Positions 22,336-35,300 of a stretch of 64,000 nt of DNA are shown here, in pieces; position 1 is the first letter of the stretch, and each line of letters begins with the position of its first letter. The stretch comes from Setoptus koraiensis. Taxonomy: Eukaryota > Animalia > Arthropoda. The DNA lies in contig CM106585.1 of the NCBI GenBank assembly GCA_048013815.1, positions 4,402,001-4,466,000 on the forward strand, in the 5' to 3' direction. The translations under genes were made by a program, and so were the position numbers. The notes below the pieces were generated by a model that saw only the letters and a program-made list of their open reading frames with translations, searched no databases and was not told the origin of the DNA.

Positions 22336-23293
22336 CTGTTGTCAGTGTTGGCAGCAGTGACACACTGGCCTAGAACCGGCCCGCAACTAGCTAGCATGAT
22401 AAGTTCGAGCTTGCCAGCAAGGTTTGCAGCAAAATCTGCGGTGTGCTTAAGTAAACAAAGCGGTCCGATCAATATTTGTTGGCGCTGTATGGCGCCACAC
22501 ATTACGTAACATTACTACGCAACACTACGTAACATTACTACGAAACATTGCGTAACATTACGCGACAGCGACATAACGAGGCCTAATTCAAATAAAACCA
22601 TATCAAAAGTGCTTGTAATTTTATCATACATGCCGTTGTTTGATGTTGTCGGGAGTCACCTCGTACGTTCAGCTACATTCATACAACATATAACCAAGTT
22701 CATATACATGTACTTGGCGTGTGTACATCAACGGGCACAGATACAATGAAGCCAACGAGATGCCTTGCCGTCTCTGGGCGAATCAGCCCGGCTAACAGTG
22801 TTAGCTGGGCAAGATAAGTGGCACAAGTGGCACGACCATATCTTGTCGTTTACATTGTATTATTATATCATTGTTGCTGTTGTTTCGCTGATGCTTGATA
22901 GTTATGCAAATTTGTCGGACGCTGCTGCTGCTGCATTGTGTGTTTGTGGGCCACTAATGGCTCTTTTCCAAGAAAACAGCTGACAAGATGGTGGCCCAAG
23001 AATGTTTGCGGGGGCACCGCTTGTCAGGCGGGCACAAAAAGTAAAAATGTCGACGCTAGCGCGACACACGGCAAACTGGTGCTTGCTCATTTGCATTATT
23101 GTTTGCAAAGTGCACACACACACACTGTGTATTAACGTGATTATGTCGGTCGCGTCAGGCGCTGCCTCGTTACAACAAATCATATCACTGCTGCCGGCTT
23201 GCGTAATCTTATTTCTGTCTCTTGTTTATCATTGTCCGATCCCGTGGCCAATTTGTTCGATCCGGTTGCGCTGAGCCGCAACAGTGACGACGT

Positions 23294-23373
23294 CAACAGT
23301 AACGAACGTCAACAGTAACGAACGCCAACAGCAACGAACGCCAACAGCAACGAACGCCAACAGCAACGGACGC
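23294..23373. repeat. 16-bp minisatellite CAACAGYAACGAACGY x5
   Basis: Period 16 from 23294, 23310, 23326 onwards. Confidence 0.85.
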
Positions 23374-26300
23374 CGCCAACAAGAAAAACGACGCCGAGAT
23401 TAGCATCGGCAAGAGTTACGCAACTATTAGAAGCGGTGGCGCGAGGGAGGCCATACGAAAATAATTCTTCCGAGAAAACAACCCGTTGACAGGTAGTTTG
23501 CCAGTCGGTAGATAGGAGGCGCAGCGCAAGTTGACGTTTGGTGTGCGCTACTGGTTCGCGCCAACACACACCAGCCATGCAACAGCAACAGCGCCAGTGT
23601 TTGTGTTTACTGCAACTTTTGTCAGGGGCCCCAGTATGCACGACAGTGGCAGCCATGCACATGTTGTGTGTATATACATGTCACACTGGCTTGCAACGAG
23701 ATATGTGTAGCTCTGTTTACTCGAAGCATAAATATTTGGACAGCGACGTCTTACGTGACAGTGGCGATTTATTTTCGGTGCGCAACACTGGCGACTGACA
23801 GCGACGACACGCAGAGCTTTTCGCTTCGGGCCTCAAATCGCCAGAGAATCGCCTTCGGATCGCGCTCGAATTGCCTTCGGATGGGCCGAGAATCGGCTCC
23901 GAATCGCCGGACAATTGCCAGCCAATTGCCGGTGTCAGGTTCGAAAGGAACGCTGCAGCGGGCCCTGGTTGAGGGTCAAATTGAGGCAATTGATTTATGT
24001 TGGGCACGATATTTTGCGTCGTATCGATTAGAACGGGGCCCAGCTTAACTATGCCAACTTGTCTGGCAACCATTTCGTGTTTGTCCTGTGTTGCTTTGTT
24101 GGGGGGCCCGTGTTGGCACAGGCGGGCGCGCATGTTGTGCATAGTCAACAAAAGTGTCTCTAAAATTGTGTCACTATTATGCTCTAGTTTTTTTTTTCGC
24201 TTTTGTTCGTCATTGTATCGCGCCATGATGGTTGGTTGAAAATTGTTGTTCATTGTTAATCCACTTGGAGTAGAGTGTCGCATGCGCCCGCCAGCTTCTG
24301 CGAAACAATCAATTGAGCCGGCCCCAGTCGATCATGAATCGAGCATAATGATTGACATTTAATCGTGTGCTCCTGTCGCGCCTCTTTTCATTATCATCGT
24401 CTCACGCAAATAACTTTTGAAATGGAGAGGCCGCTGAGTAGGCTGGCGGCCTGTTTTTTTCCTGGAACTGATGCAAATAGAATTAATATCCTGAGTGGGC
24501 TTTGTTGGCACCACAAAAGAAGAATCGCCCGTGACTGTCGGTGGCGGCACAACGTAAACAAGCGCACAATATGATAGGAGCTGGATATTTTATTTTCTTC
24601 GTTCATCATTTTCATCGTTTTTATTTTTAGATAAAGATTGAATCAATTAAATTCGTTCGTTATGCAACTACTCGCAGGCTCGCTGCTAGATTCAGGCTGT
24701 GCATAATAACAAACTGAATATTATTAATAATGTAAAGTTGATTGAAAGGAGAGCCTCGCATCGTTCATTGTTGTGGGCCGATATTTATTGCTTGTTGCAA
24801 TGTGGTGTTGCCACTTTTAATTGTGTCATGTCTACCATGACGACAAAGCCAACAAGACACATACGCTCCATCATAATGGCCCACGCCAAGTATGTGTCGT
24901 CGTCGTCGTCGTCCCCAGGCTGACCCAAGTCATATCAATTGTGACTTGGGCCATCTTTGGCTATTGCTGTTGCACAATGACTGCAACAATAATCGGACAA
25001 GAGAAAGTCATAATCAAGGTCGCCGACAGCTAGCTGTCATTAGCATAAACACAGACGAGTTCAACGGATGCACAATTGATAGATTATAAATTTATCGTAA
25101 CTACATGTCTGTATTGATCAGACTGACAGTTATTTTTATGCCCTGCCGTTATCTCAGTGCTGGCAGACAGTCATTTCGCCGTTATAATGCTCACATTTTT
25201 TTTTTCTGCTAGCTTGCCTAATAGCCTGCACAACAAAGAGATGCATCACCATTACAAGCAAAGTTGAGGCCATCAACAATTTTTTTCTGTAACAATTGCT
25301 GGCAATATTTCTGGCGCGAGCCATTGTACGGGCACTAATGGAAACGGACCCACTGTATTTGTCTGCAAATTTCATGGGCTATCGGTGCAATGAACTCCCC
25401 ACAACAAATAACTCGGCCATTTCCGTCATCACTTGCGATTGGCCACTGTTTTTGTTGGCTATGTTGCAACCAGCCGGTTATGGCCTCAAGCTATTTGGCT
25501 ACTATCATTTATCGGTTGTATAGGGTCGCAGTTAATTGTGTTCTCGTTCAATTAGATATCGCTGCCATCTATTAATGGTGCTTCGGGCCATGCACCATCG
25601 GTATATCATAACGGCAGCTATCATAGACGGTCAATGGCACGTTGCGATGAGTGCTCGTTACGTTGCGCTTGCTCTCGATCAGGTTGGTGGTGATGCAATT
25701 ATGATTGTGTGCAAGCAAAGAATTCACTGAGTCAAATTGTCGATACAAACTCTTTATTCGTTGCAAATTTTCTATTTAGCGCAAACTTGAACTTGAACCT
25801 CTGGAACGGATGATTTCCGAAAGAAAAGCCAATTAGAATTGATTCGATGTAACTGACCAACCGATTTGTTCGTATTATTGGTTTCTATCAATTTGCTTTT
25901 ATCTCTAGTTTCGATCGATCATTTTTTATGTTTTTTCCTTTATGTGCTCATGCTTTCGTTCAGCCCAAGAAAACATATCAAATCCGTTTGACCTTTGCAG
26001 CGGTCGTATCAAGCATGCAAGCAAGTCATGAGACTATTGCATCCTTTTTCTTGATTGAATCAAGTGATAAAAGGAGAGAAAAAGAGGTCTCAAAGTTCAC
26101 GGCAATCTGCTCGCTCCATCGCCCAGTGGTTCTCCGATTAAGCGGATGTCAGAATTTCTGACTCAGAAATCGAATCACTCTGTATGATGATGGGTAATAA
26201 CTTCAGTGTAACTGAAGTAGATACCAACATTTGTCGAAATCCAAAGTGGCCCAAACTTGGTTGATATCTGATAGCCCGATCAATTGATTGACCTAAACTA

Positions 26301-29300
26301 CTTAACAAATCCTCTCTGATTGAATCTTAATATGCGGTGTGATCAGCACAAGTTCAGAGCAAGCCCTAGATCGGATGCTTGTAATTAGCCTTTAGTTGGC
26401 ATTATGTTCTCTGTACCGATTGGCGGGTGGGTGGTTGACGCATTGCCTCGAATAAGTCCCAGTTATAATTATCTAACGGGAATGAGGCTCACTCGACAAA
26501 CTTCTTACTCATGCATCGTAACCCATATCAGAAAGGTCCAATTAGCCTATTTTCTGGGAAGCTTCTAATCAAAATCTGCATATTCTATTCAAAGAGGGTC
26601 GGAAATAGGTGAAATTCCTCTATGTTTAAGATGATAGACAACATATTACTTAGGAGTGATTAGGGTCGAGGAAATCGGTCAACCGAACTTCGTTTTCCAG
26701 CCAATCGAAAACTTATGAGAAGACAAAAATTCGGGTCGTTGTTTGCTAGGCAGTTAGGGTGGTGGCTTTAATGGTTTAAACCCGTTGTCCAAAATAACCG
26801 ACACAATGCCCGACTAGGCATAAAGTCCAAGAGAATTTTGGCGCGGCTCAAAATACTTTTTGGAATAGTGAAAATCCATCGAAAAATTTCTAACAAAAAA
26901 ATCTTCAAAAATAGTTAATCCTAGATGGGGCATTCAGTGTGCCGTGCACGGTGATAAATAATGCATCCCCATCTGAGAGGAATGGAAATTTTCGGTTTCT
27001 CTCACTAGTGAGATTGTACTGAGAACATCTCATAGGGTTCGAGTTTCTCTAACTAAATATTCGGTCTACTAAAAAATCACACCACCCGGAAAAATCGTCG
27101 GGGGGGGGGGCGAATAAAACTTGGAAACTCGAGATTGTGTCAAATTTTTGCTAACAAGGTCACCGAGTTCGCGTGGGCGAAACCACTGATATTGCTGACA
27201 CTTAAGATCGTGATTGCGGTAAACTCTAGACTTATGCAAACATAAAAAGTATGTCGAAAAGACAATAATCGGAAGAACAACCAAACCAAAGAAAAATCTG
27301 GGACGAGCCCTGTTCTTCAACCAAACGAGCGTATTTTGATGGAAATAGAGGCGGAAATTCCATGATGATATGACAACACAAGTGGTTACTGCTAACCGTA
27401 TCTACTTTACATTGTTCGCCTCCCATTTCTATCTAGTGTGAATAGATAAATAAACGAAAAGAAAAACTCGAATGATCCGTTTCTTCATTCATGTAGTTTT
27501 GCATGCCTTCAGTATGCGCTGAGCCCATCACGGTGGCTCTTTGTGGATTCTGTGGCTTCTTCCTAGTTCCTTCTCTTGTTCAATAAATAGGAGATGGGCC
27601 GCCCGATGGGAGCGAACTTTGATAAACTAAACTGAATTTCCCTCACGCCGATAGACGCATACGAATGAAGATTAAGCTGCGGCAAGTGTGACACTTTTGT
27701 CGCGCTGCATTAATCGAGGGTCCCCTGTTCGGTCGTAACTACAAAGCTTTATGCGGCCCACTTCCTCTCTATCCTCCGACGCAGCACTATGTGTTAGGTA
27801 TCATTAATTTTGGAATATTCAGTAGATGGCACACAGCTAGATCATGTTGTCATTGAGGTCGATGATGAGCTCAGTTTGCAGCGAGGCGCCGGCAGAGACG
27901 ATCAATGAGCAAAGCGACAGTAGTCGAATAGACAAAGAGATTGATAAAGCTAATAGAAAGCGTTTTTCGATAAGAAGAAGAATTTTCCTGGCAAGACCTT
28001 GGAAGAAGAACAAGTACAAACTGAGGCTGAGAAAGTGCAAGTTATTTAGTTATAGGCTCAGTGCGGCTGACGGGCCATCATCAATTCTCAAGAGGCATCA
28101 TATAGCGGTATCAATAAGCAGTGTCGCCAGAACTAGCAGTAGCTTGGCAAAAAGAGGGAGAGAGGAAGTGAGAGGATATGTGTCACTGTGACAGCGTGTG
28201 TAAGTGCGGCTGTAAGCACTGTCAAGAAGCAGAAAAGTTTGCTGGTTGGCTGGCAAGCTCAGTGGGCCACTCCAAGTGATTAGTTATTAGTTGGCAAGCT
28301 AGTGAGAGAAAGAGAGTTGCTTGGGATCGGTACTTTGGGGTGCTTTTTTGGATTTTGACCACTTGACAAGTGTGCGTGCATGCAATTGTCAAAATGGACT
28401 TGGAGCCCCAACGGAACAGTGAAGAGCTGTTTACACCAGTATGGACCAGCACGATGCCGATAATTTCAATATTGGCTCTCGCACCAAATTCGGACTCGAC
28501 GTATCTTTGCCGGATAGTTGATGCATAAAGAACTTTGCAAGTGATAGCAGCTTTTGCAGCTAGCGACCCATGTCTAGACCGTTCTCTAGACACCGACTTC
28601 ACACATGGCCAAGTGCAAGTGACTCGGAATGGCCATGCACTCAGGTGTTGTCGAAAGCTACTAATGATAATTTGTCACATTAGCTATACAGGAAGACAAG
28701 TACACACAATAGATCGGCAGTGAATTCAAGTGCCGACTTGAGAGTCACATTCAGACATACACAGCAAGACAGTGCTTTGTGCGGGGTGCTCAGGTAGTTA
28801 CCTGAGATGCGAATTTGTTGGTTGCGACAATCGCCAGCACCAAAACGACAGACTTTTCAGCTGAATAAATAAACGGATTGCAAATTGGCGGTTGATTTAG
28901 GTAAAAAGTTGAAGGCAAACAAATGGAAAGACTCGCAAGTTATTGTTTATAGTGTGCAAGATCTCTGAGGCTGACATTCAAACCGATCCTCTCTCTGGTA
29001 TCTGAAGGTTATTTGGCGCTGCCATTGACATATCTAATAAATTTGCGACGAAAGCTCTGACGCGAATTTGGCAGCTTCAAGTTCGCACAAGGCCCCGGCC
29101 TGACCTCAATCTGGACGCTAATGATGTCATACAGCGCCGAATTATTGCGCTGAAACTAAACAGATTACTCTGATCATTAGTAGCTCGTCGCCCTGACGTA
29201 TCCAGACGCTTTTCTCGTTTCTGACGTCCATCTGAATCAGATGATATCGCGATCCCCCATGTCTGACGTCCGTCTAGACACTATTAATCGGACTTTGTTG

Positions 29301-32300
29301 GCATCGGCAAAGAAACAACAAAAAACAGCAAGCAAACAAGCAACAAACAACTGGAAGAAAGGGAACGAATAGATTTTATCAGTGCACCAAAGAAACAAAT
29401 TAAGGATTTCAGCTGAACAGAAAAGCCATAAGCACTAACTGTGTATGAGCGAGCAATTGTTTATCGCGAACATTCCTTTCAACCCGTTTCAATTGCGCCC
29501 CAACCGGCCAGTCTTGCCAGAGAGGCCACCACAAGCTCGTGCCTGCATGTATGCAACCGACTGTAATAGCTTTAGTATTTTGGTTGAAATGAGCCGAAAT
29601 GTAGACGTTGCTGCTCATCTAATCTCCTGTTGACTTACTACCCCTACATTGCGAGAGTTGAAAACAAATTTGCATTTATAATATGAGTGAAAACTCACTC
29701 TATGAATTATCCGGATAATAAGTTGAGTATGCAGTAGCAGTAAGCGATGGATTGAAATGATCTAACTCGCGATGATGTTGCATTTGCGAAGATTTTCATT
29801 GAATTTCGGCTTACAATTGAGCGAGCGCAGCTAGTCGCTCAATATTGATAGTTTTCCTAGATTACACAATTCACTGGAAAGAAAATCATCCAAACATCCG
29901 GAAGATACTTAGAAAAGATTTCTTTTTTGCTTGTGTGTGCTTCTTTGCACCCCTTTGGACATATGTAAACACGATCAACAACAACGCATTGCAACTGCTC
30001 TGATTTGTTTTATTCGTTATCATTTAGCCATTTAGGTATTCAGCCAGATATTTCAATGCCCAACAGGCCTATCTATGGGCAATTTTAGCTAATGTGAGCT
30101 GATGACCAACTTAGTCGACTGTGACATAATTTGCTGCTCGTTGGCCCACAACAAAAAATGTCGGCGGAAACACAAAGCCACAACATTGGAAAGAGTTCTG
30201 CTGCCGGGCACGTACTCAGAGGCGATCCTCGTTGTTACTTTTCTCTTTTCGGCCTTTGATGCACATCTTCTAGCTAATGACAGATGTTTTCGGTTTGGGT
30301 TCAGTGGTGATCACACTTAAAGTCTCGAAATCAATTGGTCGGCCCCACGTTGGTGTACTTGACGAGTTCAAACTAGTTCACAAGTATGCAAAAAACTTTA
30401 GACCCTGCATCAAACTGCATGGCTCTAGATGTAAATTTCGCTCGTGGTTAGACTTTGAAGTTCATCATCAGGCTTGATCGCGCTTTTCGAACAAGCCGAA
30501 CAGCCAACCGACCAAAAGTAGTCAATTTAAACAACTTCGTTTTCTTCGGGCGTTCTCTATACTTTTTCGTGAAACCGAGCGCGCCCCTTGGTGGGCGCCG
30601 AAAATCATAACTGCTCATATCTGCTCTCCCCCTGACATTGCTATCGTTAGATGTGGTCCAAATCACAGTTGATCTTGAACCTGTTCATCTGAGGGCAGGC
30701 ACATCTACTCTTATGTAATATTTGATTTGTGTGCAATAGAGGTATGAGCGGCCCGACAACAGTAGTGGCTGTAACGCGATTACAGTTATGGTTTGCACTA
30801 TAACTGTATTTTCTGTTCGGCTCTCCGATTTTCAAGCAACTTCATCCGATCCAAACTTGCTTGTTAGGCGTTTATCATTAGCCGACCGCTTATGATGATG
30901 GTGTGCCTGTCCATGACAAAAAAGGAGGCTCAATTGCCAATTGCAGCTCGCCAAGAGGCAGGCCGTTGCACTGACTAACGACCTTCAACATTCAATCAGT
31001 TCGGTTCAACTGCCGTTCAAACGTGCTAACGTTTAGTGACATTTCAGTTTCAGTTTTCGGCGTCTGCAATTTTCTTTCTTCAAGTTCATCCGCCCCTCAC
31101 TGGTAGCTGAAAATTCTTTATGGTCCAATTCACATTGTCGCCTCTCGCGTCGTTGCTAAGCTCAATATTGAGATCGAGATATTTTTGTATTGTGATTTGT
31201 GTGAGATACAGACACATTCGACAGATGTAGAAATTTATTGATTTTGAGCAATTGACTGCTGGCTGGCACATCGACCTCGCGCTCACTCTCAGACGACCGT
31301 ATCCATGCAGCTTTACGGTTGACAGTAAAACAGTGCCGTCGCTAAGCATTAAATTCGGAACAAACGAACAGTGTATAAACCATATATATATATATAAATG
31401 TAATGGTTGGGACATTTAAGTCAACTTTAACTGCGCTCACGCAAAGTCGTGACACATTGACGTAATAGCAGCGGAGGTGATGAAGCAAGCAAGCGACGAG
31501 GCTGCCAACGAAGTTTATATATTGTAATTTGGCTAAATCTTATCTTACTTTCGGTCCATTAGAATTGCTTCGAGCAGTAATCAAGCCGGGGGCCGGCTGA
31601 CTCTGCCGTGCAGATTGTCGCCGTTGTTGTCGTTAGTTACGAGCAACTATTCAGCGTGACCATAAACATGGATATAGCAACTATAATACAGTTTATGTTG
31701 AGCCAACTTTTGCGGCCACGGTCCAACAAATAACCAATAAAATAAAATAAATAAACATTTTATAAACACAGCAAGTCCATTATATTTGTATAATAAACAT
31801 GTCGCAGCAGCAATTCGTCCCAACGGTGCCGACTGTTGTGTCGGACCATCCCATGGGGCCCAACCGAAACCTTTTCGCATCATTCTGTGCGACATCTTGC
31901 ACCATCTGGAATCGCAAACTGCTCGATTGCTTTGATTTTTTCTGATGCACATCTCAAATCTCTATCAGATCGAATATCGTGTTTGGAAATTTTCAGTGTA
32001 TCCAGGTGAAGTTCGCTTTCTCAGATCAACTTGTGTGTACCACAAGTCTGTCAACTATACAAATCTCCACGAGCGAATCGGCGGGCAAAAACTTCCTTGG
32101 AGAACGAAGAAACATGAAGCATTTTCTGCCCGTGCGGCAGCTCGGCTAGCGTCTAGATGGGCATTTCCTTTCTTAATTGCACTATTGTTGCATCGATACA
32201 TAGCAAGAAATCATCAATAATTCATGAGTGGCTAAAATGAGTGCAACGATATGAGACTTGATTGTGTTCGGAAGTTCCGAAAATGAACAATACAGACTAA

Positions 32301-35300
32301 TAAAAATGAATAGAAATGAATGAAATTGTAACTTTTGTGGCTTTTTCCTTTCCACTACCGTGAAACACTAACCAGTATACAATAGCGCCCGGAAAACTAA
32401 CGGATAAAGCAGCTATGTGTACATATTGCTATATTAGCTAGCTAACAATTTATTGCGGCAGTTGCTCTAGATTAGACACCTAGAAGCGGAAGAGGAATCA
32501 CTTTATTTGTGTGCGAATGCCGCCCTTACTAAATTTATTTATTGGAGCCCATCCAGGAAAGTTATTCTCAAATGGCAGAAAAAATAACTACTTAAACATA
32601 ACTAAATAATTTCTTTTCAAAGCAAACAGATTGGCAGAGTGAGGCAACAGAGGGATGCGCCCACAGTGCGCTTCATATCCCTTCATATGGCTTTGGTACA
32701 TATCAAATATAACATGGCCAGTATAAAAATTTGCTTGGTAAAAAGGGAACTCTTTATTGGATTTTGTTATGTAAGCAAACACACCCACGCTAATTCGACA
32801 ACGATTTCTGGTTTTTTGGTGGTTTCTTCCATCTTTGTCGTTTATCATTCTTTTCATTGAAAAGAAACACGAATCTGTTACCAAGTTTTGCTCGTTATTT
32901 GTAGTAGTTCCACCTCAGGTCAACACCATTTTGTGTTATGCGCACAATTAATGTCTACTGTTTTGTGAAGAAGCTGTCCACTGAATGAACTCCCACTCTT
33001 CGCATTTTTTTTTGTCATAAATTATGAGAGCAGATTATTATTGGTGAAAATGCTGACCTATAGACCGACTGATATTTCGGGAATGAAATTCGGTTTCTTT
33101 TTTTTTTGTCACAGGAATTCGTTGCATCAATTTTTTCCAGCTTTCCCCATTTTCTCATCATTTTTCTTAGAATTTCAAACATAACGACAGCTCAGTTCAT
33201 CGCTTTACTTCCGCTTCCTTTTCAGCTGTGAAGCAATCAGTCAGGCATTTCAGTTGGAAATGACACTTTTTCTCAGTATTCGAACTCTGTTGGATCGTTC
33301 TGCTCTCGTTCCGACGGGGCCCCTATGTTTCCCTGTTTGAGATCTCGAGACAAACCCACTTGGCACTCAATTGCAAGCCAATATTCGGTGATTTTTGGAA
33401 GCAAAAATAAATCTTCGATGCATCATTGGGTCAAGTGACGAGTTTCTAGGTTTTCGCGAAGGCCGAAATAAGTCACAGTGCAAATCATTTTCACTGTTCA
33501 CTTCTAATGCCATGCAATTAGTCATTCTAACATTTCTGCAGAAATTATCGGAAATAGTTAGAAACTCATTTTCGCGAACTCGTTGCGTTATAATAGAAAG
33601 TTCATTCGTTATTGCCTGCTATTGTTACCTAGGATGTCGATATTTTGCCTCTGACGACTCACGAACTACGCCTCGCAAAAAAGTATTATCGTAGTAGTAT
33701 TTTCGTAATAGTAAATAGTATTTTCGTGCAGCCAAAACGTTAGTTAACCAACGTCAACCATAATCAATAACTGTCACTGAACTAGGTCACGAGCTTTCCG
33801 TCATCGACTGCTGCTCGGCCCAGTGCGATTCCATTGACACTTAGATTCCGAAATGCATCGCACAAGGCAACAAGTGCACTCGGTTTGGAAATTAAAACGA
33901 GTGGATAACGGTGAATTAACTGTGCCACAACTGTCGCATTCAGATCAGGCCTGGGACCAGTCGATTATAGCATTTTCGCACGGCTTGTTCATTATTCACT
34001 TAACGTGGGGGCAAATAAATCACATAGTGGCCATTTGTGCCAGTCAGACGGGGCGGTTTGGGTGTGATTTTGTCAGTTCAATTGTGATACCAGTGAGAAT
34101 CGTATCATGCTGGCAAGTGCAGACTTATGGGTGTTAACTATCGAGCGGAAGTCCGCATTTCCTTATCTCTCGAATGTGCTGTTAATGCTGAGCTAATTAT
34201 GCATCAGGGAACTATGAGATATGAGTACACTGTGCGTGTTTTGTCTAGCTTGTTTGTTTGTTCTAGCTTATAAGTGGAGCCAGGGGCGCCGTAATAAGTC
34301 ACGTAAATTGATGGAATAATCGCTACTGCTAATTGGCAAACAACTGGAACTAGCAGATTCGCAGTGCCGTCACACAGCGAGTGGTTTGAATTGGCTGCAA
34401 ACAAACGATTGTCAACAAAACACTTCGAGCCGCTTTGCTGCCGCACAACTCAGCTAATACTTTGATTAATTGTCGCTGTTACACCTATCGAGGGCGATGG
34501 GGCCGTTGCGCGCTCAAATTTGTGCCCACGCTTAGGGGTAAATTTGCTGTGTGCGAGTGAGAGAGCTTCGCACCCTCGAAGGACAAACAATCATTTTTTG
34601 CTTCATCATGAGAGCGAACCAACTTGATGAAGACTGTGTGCACTGCATTCATCATGTTTATTTTCTCGTTAAACTGGGCCACTGATTGGCCCCTTTCAGT
34701 GCCTATCCAAGTCGGCGAGGTAGCCCACTGGCGGTTGAGAATGCACATTCGGTGTCGTTACAATACAGCGCCCAATGTTAAAAAACACGCACACATGGTA
34801 TGTTGTGTGAAAAATCTGCGCCCAATGAACTCCGAAAACTGTTTACGTAATTTACGTAACGTAAATTAAGCAAATACTAACACACTGACGCCCACACAAA
34901 TACACACTCAAACTCACAGCGCGTAAAGCTGTTTATTATTATATTGGAAAACTGTTATGTAATCCTTTCTTCCTTCCTAATGCCATCCATAGAACAGGCT
35001 GGATTTGAAGTGTAAACTTTGGAGTGGGCTCTACTGGGCAGTTTGTTTTTCTGGTGAACACCGAAACTAAGCTGTCACGAAAATCTACATGAGGCCACAT
35101 CCAGGCAAACAATTGTAGTTAGATGCGACTATTTGTACAGAGATAGATTAATGCTGCAACGCAAAATTGTCTCATGCTGGCGATCGGTGCAATCCGGATG
35201 CAAGCAAACACGCAACTGGGCCCCAGTGATTTCCGACCAGCCAAATAATGCCCATGGTTGAGCCAATCGCCCGTTGGTCAGTCGATTTCTAGCGACTTGT

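Noticed and set aside
26404-26568. 54-aa ORF starting MFSVPIGGWVVDAL, faintly like an MFS transporter loop motif
   Set aside because: Too short, no GRR motif and no flanking exons.
27844-28602. 115- and 126-aa ORFs in SIFaR intron 1
   Set aside because: No recognisable homology; lengths within chance range.
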